Source of the DNA: Macrostomum lignano
Lineage: Eukaryota
DNA length: 64,000 nucleotides
Reading direction: 5' to 3'
NCBI GenBank assembly: GCA_002269645.1
Contig: NIVC01001489.1
Location: 62,001 to 126,000, forward strand
Both the position numbers and the translations under genes were made by a program. Positions 13,451 to 25,241 of this stretch are shown here, piece by piece. Numbering within the stretch: the first letter of the stretch is position 1; every line of letters begins with the position of its first letter. Below the pieces are notes generated by a model. The model was not told where the DNA came from and did not search any database. It was given only the letters and a program-made list of their open reading frames with translations.

Positions 13451-13890
13451 CTCTGCTCTCTGCTCTCTCCCATCTCTTCTCTCTCCCATCTCTGCTCTCT
13501 CCCATCTCTGCTCTCTCCCTTCTCTGCTCTCTCCCATCTCTGCTCTCTCCCATCTCTGCTCTCTCCCTTCTCTGCTCTCTCCCATCTCTGCTCTCTCCCA
13601 TCTCTGCTCTCTCCCTTCTCTGCTCTCTCCCATCTCTGCTCTCTCCCTTCTCTGCTCTCTCCCATCTCTGCTCTCTCCCTTCTCTGCTCTCTCCCATCTC
13701 TGCTCTCTCCCATCTCTGCTCTCTCCCTTCTCTGCTCTCTCCCATCTCTGCTCTCTCCCTTCTCTGCTCTCTCCCATCTCTGCTCTCTCCCATCTCTGCT
13801 CTCTCCCTTCTCTGCTCTCTCCCATCTCTGCTCTCTCCCATCTCTGCTCTCTCCCATCTCTGCTCTCTCCCTTCTCTGCTCTCTCCTCTC
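13451..13890 (+). repeat. 16-bp CT-rich minisatellite (ctctgctctctccc[at/tt])n
   Basis: Direct tandem repeat; source of several spurious ORFs. Confidence 0.95.
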
Positions 13891-14078
13891 TACCCGTTTA
13901 TGTCTCCATGCAGTCACAGCCCTACAGTCCCAGTTCCAAAGCCATTCCAAATCTCTGGTCACTCCAGTATTCCCGCCCCTAGCTTGGCAGGGCCAATGGG
14001 GGCAGTGAAGAAGTCAGCCCAGCCCCGGCCATAATACGGCCAAAGCTGCAAGCTTAGCGTTAGAAGTCTGTCCAAGCC

Positions 14079-17000
14079 ATGCTTCTTTTGAACGGATTCG
14101 CTCTGCTTCTGCTGCTGCTGGCGCTGCAGCCGGCGCACTGCATAATGTACTCCGAGGGCGTCAACCACACCGAGATGACCAAGAACGTCACCGAGACGCT
14201 CAACCGTCTGCTGGACGACTACGACAGGAATTTACGACCCGACTTTGGTCGCGGACCGATCAAGATTCGAATCAACATGAACATCCGCAGCATGGGCCCG
14301 ATCTCAGAGAGGTCCATGATCTACTCCTTCGACTGCTACTTCCGCCAGGAGTGGACTGACACCCGCCTGACGTTCCCGGCTCACGACAACTTCACTCACC
14401 TGCAGCTTAACGAGAAAATGCTGAGGGAGATCTGGAAACCGGATACCTACATTGTGAACGGCATGGGTTCGTACCTGCACAACATCACCTCGCCCAATGT
14501 GCTGTTCAGAATCAAGAACACCGGCGAGATTCTGTACTCAATGCGACTCACCATCAAGGCCACCTGTCCAATGGATCTGTTGAAGTTTCCCATGGACAAC
14601 CAGACCTGCCCGCTGGAGATCAGCAGCCATGGCTACACTGACGATGACGTCATCTTCGAGTGGAGCCTGGGGGACCAGTCGATTCAGCTCAACAGGGACT
14701 TGCTGCTGTCTCAGTTCGACCTAAAAAGTATTTCATTGGATGCAGAATGGATTTTGAGCTTCATCAACTCATAGTCACCATCACAACCTCACAGTCACCA
14801 TCACAACCTCACAGTCACCATCACAACCTCACAGTCACCGTCACAACCTGACAATCACCACCACAACCTCACAGTCACCATCACAACCTTATAGTCACCA
14901 TCACAACCTCACAGTCACCATCACAACCTCACAGTCACAATCACAACCTCACAGTCACCGTCACAACCTCACAGTCACCATCACAACCTCACAATCACCA
15001 TCACAACCTCACAGTCACCATCACAACCTCACAGTCACCATCACAACCTCACAATCACCATCACAACCTCACAGTCACCATCACAACCTCACAGTCACCA
15101 TCACAACCTCACAGTCACCAACAGAACCGCAGTGTCACCAATAGCATCACTGCAATATCACGCTACAAATCAATTAGTCAAGAAAGCTCCCAAACACAAC
15201 GGGATCAGTCTTTTAGAATAGCGAATTCTCCGCCTTGAAAAATTCCGGAGAAGCCGCCACTTGAAATGGTTTGGATTTGCGCCGCAAACGACCAGTTCTA
15301 TTTTTAGAAACATTCATCAAGAAGGCCGACCGTCGCATCGGCCGCCGGGGCCGATTTTCGGTGCTGCTGTGCGACTTCGAGCTGCACCGGCATATGGGAT
15401 ATTTCCTAATTCAGGTGGGTATGGGATCAATTTTCCTAATTTATTAAGGCCTTTAATTATCCAGTCCACTTCAAGCAGACGGCATTAAGAAACAATTCCT
15501 GCAGTATTCCCGATTGAAGAAAAACTATTTGGGATAATTTCCCCTACTGAATTCCCAATTTAACACGCAGATTGGGATAATTTTCCCAATTGGATTTCCC
15601 CATCTAACACGCAGATTGGGATAATTTTCCCAATTGGATTTCCCCATCTAACACACAGATTGGGATAATTTTCACAATTGGATTTCCCCATCTAACACAC
15701 AGATTGGGATAATTTTCCCAATTGGATTTCCCCATCTAACACACAGATTGGGATAATTTTCACAATTGGATTTCCCCATCTAACACACAGATTGGGATAA
15801 TTTTCCCTATTGGATTTCCTCATCTAACACACAGATTGGGATAATTTTCCCTATTGGATTTCCCTATCTAACACACAGATTGGGATAATTTTCCCTATTG
15901 GATTTCCCTATCTAACACACAGATTGGGATAATTTTGCCTATTGGATTTCCCTATCTAACACACAGATTGGGATAATTTCCCCATTGGATTATAGCGATG
16001 TAATAAAAAATGAAGTTAACAAATACAAAGAATCCAGGCCAATAACTACGAGCGTAGCACAGGGATATTTAAGAACCTGTCAGCCAAGTTGGGCCAATGT
16101 CATTGGTCAGAAGACAGGAAACAGACATTATCCATCATCGCAGCACTAATTGGCCATTTAAACCCCAGGGACGGGCAACATGGGGGAACCGCAGCTTGTC
16201 TCCGTCATCGCCCTTGTCCAGAGACCCGACCTTCCCCGAACCCGTGGGATTTGGGGATTTGACTTCTGTTTTCCTCTGAGGCCAGTCTGTGAGGCAAATC
16301 TTCCCACCAGAGAAATTCTCTCCCTTCAATTTGATTTCGTCTTCCAAGCTTCCAATCAATTAGCGATCCAATTCCCTGTGCACCGAGGCGTGAGCCGCCT
16401 CTTCTACGGGAGAATTATCCCAATGTCCCATATTTTATCGCGCGGGAGAACTCCCATCTAGAGATGTCCCTTTTGGCTGTTGAGTAGCCGCTCAAGGAAC
16501 AGCTGTTGCTGGGGGAAAGAGGGGTGGGAAATCCTGTCCGAGTCTTCAAGCAGCTGCTGCCCCCTGTTTAGGGAGATTTCTCCTCAGTAGGCGAAACTCA
16601 CTTCTCAGCCAGTTTTTTGTTTTCTTCTGAGAGACGCCAGCATTGACAGAAATTGATTTTCAGAACTGGCTAAAAAGGGGAAACAGAACTGCCAAAACTT
16701 GGCATGGGGATTCGCTTCACTGCTCAGCTTAAAATGAGTTTTGTGTTGTGCTCAAAGTTTTGAGTAAAGGGTTGGGGCAGATGAGGAATTGGGGACGTCT
16801 CTGAGAGTCTGGGGTAAGTAAATTGAATGTAATCATTGGAGAGGCAGATTCAGAGAACTGAAGAAGCAGATTTAGAGAAGTGTCGAGGCTGATTCCAAGA
16901 ACTGTAAAGGCAGATTCAGAAAACTGTAAAGGCAGATTCCAAGAACTTCAGAGTCAGATTCCAAGAACTGCAGAGGCAGATTCCAAGAACTGCAGAGGCA

Positions 17001-19423
17001 GATTCCAAGAACTTCAGAGGCAGATTCCAAGAACTGCAGAGGCAGATTCCAAGAACTTCAGAGGCAGATTCCAAGAACTGTTGAAGCAGATTCCAAGAAC
17101 TGCAGAGGCAGATTCCAAGAACTGCAGAGGCAGATTCCAAGAACTGCAGAGGCAGATTCCAAGAACTGCAGAGGCAGATTCCAAGAACTGCAGAGGCAGA
17201 TTCCAAGAACTGCAGAGGCAGATTCCAAGAACTGCAGAGGCAGATTCCAAGAACTGCAGAGGCAGATTCCAAGAACTGCAGAGGCAGATTCCAAGAACTG
17301 CAGAGGCAGATTCCAAGAACTGCAGAGGCAGATTCCAAGAACTGCAGAGGCAGATTCAGAGAACTGTAAAGGCAGAGTGAAATAAGCGGCACATTTCTGA
17401 ATCCATCCAAGACAGGGCCAATATCAGGAGCAGTAGTGCTGATTAGTCTATTGGGGAAGTCCAACGCATGAGGGCTGGCGACCCCCTGGCAGAATGATAA
17501 TTAATTGGCAATTATAGCCGCTATGAATTTGCCATTTTGCTAATCTAAAAGCCTTAAAAAGGCTCCCTCAAGTCTAGATAGAATCAATTGAAACTGCCCC
17601 AACCTCTCGCTCCTGTCGTTTTAATCCTAATCATAAAATTGTACGGCGCATCACCTCTCGCGCTGGCATTGTTTATAGACCGGCCGGAATTCCCAAACAC
17701 TGCAGGCAGCCGGTGGTGATAAGCCATCTGTCTGGTTTCTTTTTTAGATTTTTAGCTGCCGAAATGATCGCTGGGCTTGCAGGCTCAGTGGCCTGCGGAA
17801 TTGCGAAGTTTGAAAAATTATTTGAGGGAAGGAGGATGAAACTTGGGTTGTTTTGACGAAATCAGGCATTTCTGCTCACCGTTTCGAGGGCAAGAGGGAG
17901 AGAGGGTAGAGGGCGAAATGGAAAAGGGAGGGAGAAAGGCGAGAGGGAGCGGGCGAGAGAAAAAGGGAGAGACTTCAAGAGGTAGGAAATAGGGAGAGGG
18001 CGAGAGGGAGAGGGCGAGAGGGAGAGGGCGAGAGGGAGAGGGCGAGAGGGAGAGGGCGACAGAAAAAGGGAGAGACTTCAAGAGTTAGGAAAGAGGGAGA
18101 GAGCGGGAGGGAGAGGGCGAGAGGGAGAGGGCGAAAGCAAGAGGGCGAGAGTGAGAGGGCGAGAGGGAGAGGGCGAGAGGGAGAGGACGAGAGGGAGAGG
18201 GCGAGGGGTAGAGGGCGAGAGAGAGAAGCAGAGGCAGAGGGATATAGGGAGAAGCAGAGATGGAGATGAAAGAGGATTACATCATGTAGTGGGACAGAGC
18301 AGTTCAGGAGAGCTGTCCCTCAGCAGAGAAAATCCAATAAGCTGAGTGTGTCACCCCACCTTTCCAGCTGTACTTTCCCTGCAGCCTGCTGGTGGTGCTG
18401 AGCTGGGTTGGCTTCTGGATCAACCGGGAGGCCACGTCAGATCGGATCGAGCTGAGCACAACCACGGTGCTCACCATGACCTTCCTGGGCATGGACAACC
18501 GGCAGGACCTGCCCAGGGTGAACTACGGCACCGCTCTGGACTGGTACGTCGGTATGTGCTTCGCCCTGATCCTCGCCACCATCATCGAGTTCGCCTCGGT
18601 GCACTACTTCACCAAGGTTAGCAGCGGCGAGTGCCATCTGACTCTGGTTGAGATCACCGGCCGTGGCGGCGACGACAGCGGCGACGACGACGGAGAGGCG
18701 ACGTCGACGGCGACGGCGAGGGCCGACGGCGGCGGTGGTGGTGGCCGGTTTCGGTACGGACAGGCGAGGCCGGCCAGCAGCCGCAGGCAGCCGCAGTCAC
18801 CACGGTCGGTCGCCTTGGAAGCCGCTGATGTGTTTGGTGGGCTGGACTCAGTGAGGCGCCAAAGTGATTGGATGAGGCGCCAAAGTGATTGGATAAGAAG
18901 CCATGGTGATTGAATGAGGCGCTAAATAATTGAATGAGGCGCCAAATGATTGAATGAGGCGCTAAATGATTGAATGAGGCGCCACATGATTGAATGAGGC
19001 GCCACATGATTGAATGAGGCGCCAAATGATTGAATGAGGCGCCAAATGATCGAATGAGGCGCCAAATGATCGGATAAGGCGCCAAAATGTCTTCGATGTT
19101 GCGCCAAAGGACCAAATGATCGCCCCACCACATCGCACTCCAGCAGCACCCAGGAGCAGCAGGCGCCAGCAGACGCAGGCAACGGCAGTAAGTGCGGCAA
19201 GCCCGATGGCGAGTGCAGCAGCAAATTCCGCGACTCGTGCGCCTACGCCTTCTTGAACTGCTTGCGCGGCAGCTCCCGCTATAAGCAGATGAAGCTGGCC
19301 TCCCGATCGCCAAGGCGGATCAACTCAGTGAGCAGGATAGACGAGGTCTCCAAGGTGTTGTTCCCCACGCTGTTCTGCCTGTTCAACATTGTCTATTGGA
19401 CTTTGTATTTGAAGATTCTGTGA
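14079..19423 (+). CDS. Cys-loop ligand-gated ion channel subunit, GABA-A alpha/GRD-like, ~502 aa; exons 14079-14727, 15308-15414, 18368-~18850, ~19154-19423
   Basis: Signal peptide, YDRNLRP, FRQEW, WKPDTY, Cys loop CPMDLLKFPMDNQTC, pre-M1 RHMGYFLIQ, M1-M3 (WINREATSDRIELSTTTVLTM...DLPRVNYGTALDWY), M4 (IDEVSKVLFPTLFCLFNIVYW). Last intron boundaries are somewhat uncertain. Confidence 0.9.
14768..15122 (+). repeat. 20-bp minisatellite (ctcacagtcaccatcacaac)n, intron 1 of the channel gene
   Basis: Same family as the array at 6797-8290. Confidence 0.95.
15555..15990 (+). repeat. 44-bp minisatellite (acacagattgggataattttcccaattggatttccccatcta..)n
   Basis: About 10 tandem copies. Confidence 0.95.
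16840..17376 (+). repeat. 22-bp minisatellite (tgcagaggcagattccaagaac)n
   Basis: Direct tandem repeat. Confidence 0.95.
17880..18260 (+). repeat. GA-rich low-complexity repeat (gagagggcgagagg)n
   Basis: Direct observation. Confidence 0.85.
18852..19125 (+). repeat. 20-bp minisatellite (tgaggcgccaaatgattgaa)n, last intron of the channel gene
   Basis: Starts at the inferred donor gtgagg (18851). Confidence 0.9.
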
Positions 19424-19539
19424 CTCGCTTGAAAGCGGATGGACTGATTAACTGATTAAATTATAGACTCATTCTGTACTCGATCTGCTTGCAGCGTTGC
19501 TTTGGAAATGAGAAAAAAAACTGAGATCAGAACAAATGA

Positions 19540-20470
19540 GACTGAGATCTAGAGAAGTAGACAGTGAGATCTAGAGAAGTAGACAGTGAGATCTAGAGAA
19601 GTAGACAGTGAGATCTAGAGAAGTAGACAGTTAGATCTAGAGAAGTAGGCAGTGAGATTTAGAGAAGTAAACAGTAAGATCTTGAAAAGTAGACAGTGAG
19701 ATCTAGAGAAGTAGACAGTGAGATCTCGAGAAGTAGACAGTGAGATCTCGAGAAGTAGACAGTGAGATCTAGAGAAGTAGATAGTGAGATCTAGAGAAGT
19801 AGACAGTGAGATCTAGAGAAGTAGACAGTGAGATCTAGAGAAGTAGGCAGTGAGATCTAGAGAAGTAGACAGTGAGATCTAGAGAAGTAGGCAGTGAGAT
19901 CTAGATAAAAAGACAGTGAGATCTATAGAAGTAGACAGTGAGATTTAGAGAAGTAGGCAGTGAGATCTAGAGAAGTAGACAGTGAGATCTAGATAAGTAG
20001 GCAATGTGATCTAGATAAGTAGACAGTGAGATCTCGAGAAGTAGACAGTGAGATCTTGAAAAGTAGGCAGTGAAATCTAGAGAAGTAGACAGTGAGATCT
20101 AGAGAAGTAGACAGTGAGATCTAGAGAAGTAGACAGTAAGATCTAGAGAAGTAGGCAATGAGATCTAGATAAGTAGACAGTGAGATCTCGAGAAGTAGAC
20201 AGTGAGATCTTGAGAAGTGGACAGTGAGATCTAGAGAAGTGGACAGTGAGATCTCGAGAAGTAGACAGTGAGATCTAGAGAAGTAGGCAGTGAGATCTAG
20301 AGAAGTAAACAGTAAGATCTTGAAAAGTACATGTAGGCAGTGAGATCTAGAGAAGTAGACAGTGAGATCTAGATAAAAAGACAGTGAGATCTAGAGAAGT
20401 AGACAGTGAGATCTAGAGAAGTAGACAGTGAGATCTAGAGAAGTAGACAGTGAGATATTGAAATGTAGAC
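19540..20470 (+). repeat. 22-bp minisatellite (agtagacagtgagatctagaga)n
   Basis: About 42 copies, downstream of the channel stop codon. Confidence 0.95.
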
Positions 20471-20874
20471 AATGATTAGTTGTGAATAGATAACATTTTT
20501 AACTTCTTCCCTAATCCCATTAATTTTATTCGTTTTATTCCCCCAAAAATCCAAAAAATTATTAATAATATGACTACTCTAACAAATATTGAAAATATTT
20601 TATGTCGTAAAGCTGCGAGACCAAATTGTTTAGTCAGCTGCACGCGGCTTCTGACAATTGGCAATTGCAAAGAAAGCTTTTTTCTGTTGAGTACGCACTC
20701 TATTGAGCTGAGGAGAGAATAAAGACGCTGGTTATGTGCTCCCTACCAACTCCTCGTGCAGGCGGTGTAGCTGGAGAGGTTTTACCTACCGTTAAAGTCA
20801 GCTAGAAATGGAAAAGATTGTAGGAGACAGAAGAGTCTCAATTAAAATAAGAGAGGGATTCGATTGTTATATAT

Positions 20875-21513
20875 TGTGATATCTGTGATATACCTATAAT
20901 ACCTGTGATAGCTGTGATATCTGTGATATACCTATGATACCTGTGATAGCTGTGATAGCTGTGATATCTGTGATATACCTATGATACCTGTGATAGCTGT
21001 GATATCTGTGATAGCTGTGATATCTGTGATATACCTATAATACTTGTGATAGCTGTGATAGCTGTGATATCTGTGATATCTGTGATCTGTGATAGCTGTG
21101 ATATCTGTGATATACCTATAATACCTGTGATAGCTGTGATATCTGTGATATACCTATGATAGCTGTGATATCTGTGATATCTGTGATAGCTGTGATATCT
21201 GTGATATACCTATGATACCTATGATACCTGTGATATCTGTGATATCTGTGATATCTGTGATATCTGTGATCTGTGATAGCTGTGATATCTGTGATATACC
21301 TATGATACCTGTGATAGCTGTGATATCTGTGATATACCTATGATACCTGTGATAGCTGTGATATCTGTGATAGCTGTGATACCTGTGATAGCTGTGATAT
21401 CTGTGATAGCTGTGATAGCTGTGATGTCTGTGATCTGTGATAGCTGTGATAGCTGTGATATCTGTGATCTGTGATAGCTGTGATAGCTGTGATATCTGTG
21501 ATAGCTGTGATAT
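20875..21513 (+). repeat. 9-bp-based repeat (ctgtgatag/ctgtgatat)n
   Basis: Direct observation. Confidence 0.95.
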
Positions 21514-21534
21514 CTTGTTCTTGATTATATTAGT

Positions 21535-22268
21535 TCTAATCTAATCAAGTCTTCTTCTAATCTAATCTAGTCTAGTTCTAATATAGCCTAATCTAGTTCT
21601 AATCTAGACTAGTATAGTCAAATTCTAATCTAATCTAGTCTAATCTAATCTAATCTAGTCTAATCTAATCTAATCTAGTCTAATCTAATCTAATCTAGTC
21701 TAATCTAATCTAATCTAATCTAATCTAATCTAATCTAGTCTAATCTAATCTAATCTAGTCTAATCTAATCTAGTCTAATCTAATCTAGTCTAATCTAATC
21801 TAATCTAGTCTAATCTAATCTAATCTAGTCTAATTTAGTCTAATCTAGTCTAATCTAATCTAATCTAGTCTAATCTAATCTAATCTAGTCTAATCTAATC
21901 TAGTCTAATCTAATCTAGTCTAATCTAATCTAATCTAGTCTAATCTAATCTAATCTAGTCTAATTTAGTCTAATCTAGTCTAATCTAATCTAATCTAGTC
22001 TAATCTAATCTAATCTAGTCTAATCTAATCTAGTCTAATCTAATCTAGTCTAATCTAATCTAGTCTAATCTAATCTAATCTAGTATAATCTAATCTAATC
22101 TAGTCTAATTTAGTCTAATCTAGTCTAATCTAATCTAATCTAGTCTAATCTAATCTAATCTAGTCTAATTTAGTCTAATCTAGTCTAATCTAATCTAATC
22201 TAGTCTAATCTAATCTAATCTAGTCTAATCTAGTCTAATCTAGTCTAATCTAATCTAATCTAGTCTAG
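21535..22268 (+). repeat. Pentanucleotide microsatellite (tctaa/tctag)n
   Basis: Direct observation. Confidence 0.95.
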
Positions 22269-22861
22269 CACAGTTTACAAACTGGATATGACTTGAAATT
22301 ACGACTGTAAATTAAGATAAGAAGATTTTCGAACTAAGTCGACCCCAATTTTTACCGATACTTTAGGAATTATGAATACTGCTCATACAACTGATGGAGG
22401 CAGTAAAATTTCCTCAAAGCCCCATCATGACAACTAAATCGAGATTTACAAAAGTTGACTCAAAATGAATTTTAAAACAGTTTTGATCGATTCTGAAATC
22501 AGATTTGCTGCAGCTCACCTAGGCAGGGAGTCTGGGCAGAAACTCCGCTTCATCAGGTCTTGCTTCAACAAGTAATGGAAAATTATTTTCTTTTGAACAT
22601 CAAAATTCCATTTAGTCCTCAGCGCGGTCGAGAGCTGCTGGGCATCTGTGCAGCAACCCGCCTTTTTCATGCTGCGGCTTTTCAACTAAATTAGCGAATA
22701 TGATGACAACTGATAATGTTCCCAGCATGCTACTGCCACACAGCTGAGGAGTAGCTCGGTAAGGAAATTTCGACGCATTTTGATAAAATTACTTCGTTTT
22801 ATGCATTCTGTTAATCCGATCATGAACTCTTAGAATATGATGAAGTTGAAAATTCTATCTT

Positions 22862-23232
22862 TGATTGCTAATCCAGCCAACATCACCGATGAAGGGATAG
22901 AATGGATTGCTAATCTAGCCAACATCACCGATGAACGAATTGAATGGATTGCTAATCTAGCCAACATCACTGATGAAGGAACAGAATGGATTGCTAATCT
23001 AGCCAACATCACCGATGAAGGAGCAGAATGGATTGCTAATCTAGCCAACATCACTGATGAAGGAATAGAATGGATTGCTAATCTAGCCAACATCACCGAT
23101 GAAGGGATAGAATGGATTGCCAATCTAGCCAACATCACCGATGAAGGGATAGAATGGATTGCTAATCTAGCCAGCATCACTGATGAAGGAATAGAATGGA
23201 TTGCTAATCTAGCCAGCATCACTGATGAAGGA
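22862..23232 (+). repeat. 42-bp minisatellite, inverted relative to the arrays at 23806 and 26484
   Basis: Unit gattgctaatctagccaacatcactgatgaaggaatagaatg. Confidence 0.95.
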
Positions 23233-23805
23233 TTCGAATATACCTCTAAATAAAAGAATAGCACTCTTCAATTAAATATTAAAGAAAGACAAAAAAGGCA
23301 CGGAAAAAGAGGGCAATCAGAGATATTAAATTCCATTTCTTCTTTCAATTTAAATCCTTGATGAAGAAACAACCTTCATTCATTGAGCCCTCTCAACCGC
23401 CTTGAATAGGGGCTGCTTGTCCGGCCCGTGTCAGATGAATTCCCGCAATTTCGCTAACGCAGAGAAGCCTCGCTTATCTGGTGGCTGAGCCATTCCGAAT
23501 TCAGAAGTTCAACACTGCCAGACCGCGCAGCTCCCAAACCAGCATAAAACAGTCAGTTGCACACGCGATGCGTGCGATTTAGGATTGGCCGAGAGGCAGC
23601 TCCGGCCATGGGACGGGGGAACCCCCGAGGTTGGTCCGGAGGGGGAGCGTTAGCTGCGTTTTGAGCAGCATAATAAATGAAGCACGATTTTTGCTGATAG
23701 GTAGGTCTTCATCTGTGTTAGTTTGGTGTTTCGGCTTCTGCTCTCCGAAATTTTTTGCTTTTTCTGCTCAATTTTCCTCGCTTCTACAAGGTAAGAAGTG
23801 TGTTT

Positions 23806-24998
23806 TGGCTAGATTAGCAATCCATTCTATTCCTTCATCAGTGATCTTGGCTAGATTAGCAATCCATTCTGCTCCTTCATCAGTGATGCTGGCTAGATTA
23901 GCAATCCATTCTATTCCTTCATCAGTGATGCTGGCTAGAATAGCAATCCATTCTATTCCTTCATCAGTGATGCTGGCTAGATTAGCAATCCATTCTATTC
24001 CTTCATCAGTCATGTTGGCTAAACTAGCAATCCATTGTATTTCTTCATCAGTGATGTTGGCTAGACTAGCAATCCATTCTATTCCTTCATCAGTCATGTT
24101 GGCTAGATTAGCAATCCATTCTATTCCTTCATCAGTCATGTTGGCTAGATTAGCAATCCATTCTATTCCTTCATCAGTGATGCTGGCTAGAATAGCAATC
24201 AATTCTATTCCTTCATCAGTGATGCTGGCTAGATTAGCAATCCATTCTATTCCTTCATCAGTGATGCTGGCTAGATTAGCAATCCATTCTATTCCTTCAT
24301 CAGTCATGTTGGCTAGATTAGCAATCCATTATATTCCTTCATCAGTGATGTTGGCTAGATTAGCAATCCATTCTATTCCTTCATCAGTGATCTTGGCTAG
24401 ATTAGCAATCCATTCTGTTCCTTCATCAGTGATGCTGGCTAGATTAGCAATCCATTCTATTCCTTCATCAGTGATGCTGGCTAGATTAGCAATCCATTCT
24501 ATTCCTTCATCAGTGATGCTGGCTAGATTAGCAATCCATTCTATTCCTTCATCAGTGATGCTGGCTAGATTAGCAATCCATTCTATTCCTTCATCAGTCA
24601 TGTTGGCTAGATTAGCAATCCATTATATTCCTTCATCAGTGATGTTGGCTAGATTAGCAATCCATTCTATTCCTTCATCAGTGATCTTGGCTAGATTAGC
24701 AATCCATTCTGTTCCTTCATCAGTGATGCTGGCTAGATTAGCAATCCATTCTATTCCTTCATCAGTGATGCTGGCTAGATTAGCAATCCATTCTATTCCT
24801 TCATCAGTGATGTTGGCTAGATTAGCAATCCATTCTATTCCTTCATCAGTGATGCTGGCTAGATTAGCAATCCATTCTATTCCTCCACCAGTGATGCTGG
24901 CTAGATTAGCAATCCATTCTATTCCTTCATCAGTGATGTTGGCTAGATTAGCAATCCATTCTGTTCCTTCATCAGTGATGCTGGCTAGATTAGCAATC
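23806..24998 (-). repeat. 42-bp minisatellite filling a probable 5'UTR intron (donor aag|gtaaga 23791, acceptor ~25038)
   Basis: Reverse complement of the 22862 unit; about 28 copies. Confidence 0.95.
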
Positions 24999-25241
24999 CA
25001 AGAATCTATAATGTAACTTAATTGCTATTGGAACAAAGGCACAGAAAAGCGATGCAGGGCCACATCAAAGTGGATCAGTTCAATCACACAGAATGTGAGC
25101 ACTCGACTCGCTGGGGAGTCATCATATAAAAGATTGATTTAAGAAGCAGCTCCCACACAATGCCAATGTTTGCTAATCGTGCCAAACCCAGCCAGAACCT
25201 GCTGCTGCTGCTGCTGCTGCAGAAGAAGAAGAGCAGCAACA

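Noticed and set aside
12032-14034. ORFs of 135-253 aa (CLSVYLS, SLLSPISAL, GESREGREQ)
   Set aside because: Translations of microsatellite and minisatellite DNA.
16880-17464. Repetitive ORFs in the 22-bp array
   Set aside because: Intronic tandem repeat with no unique coding content.
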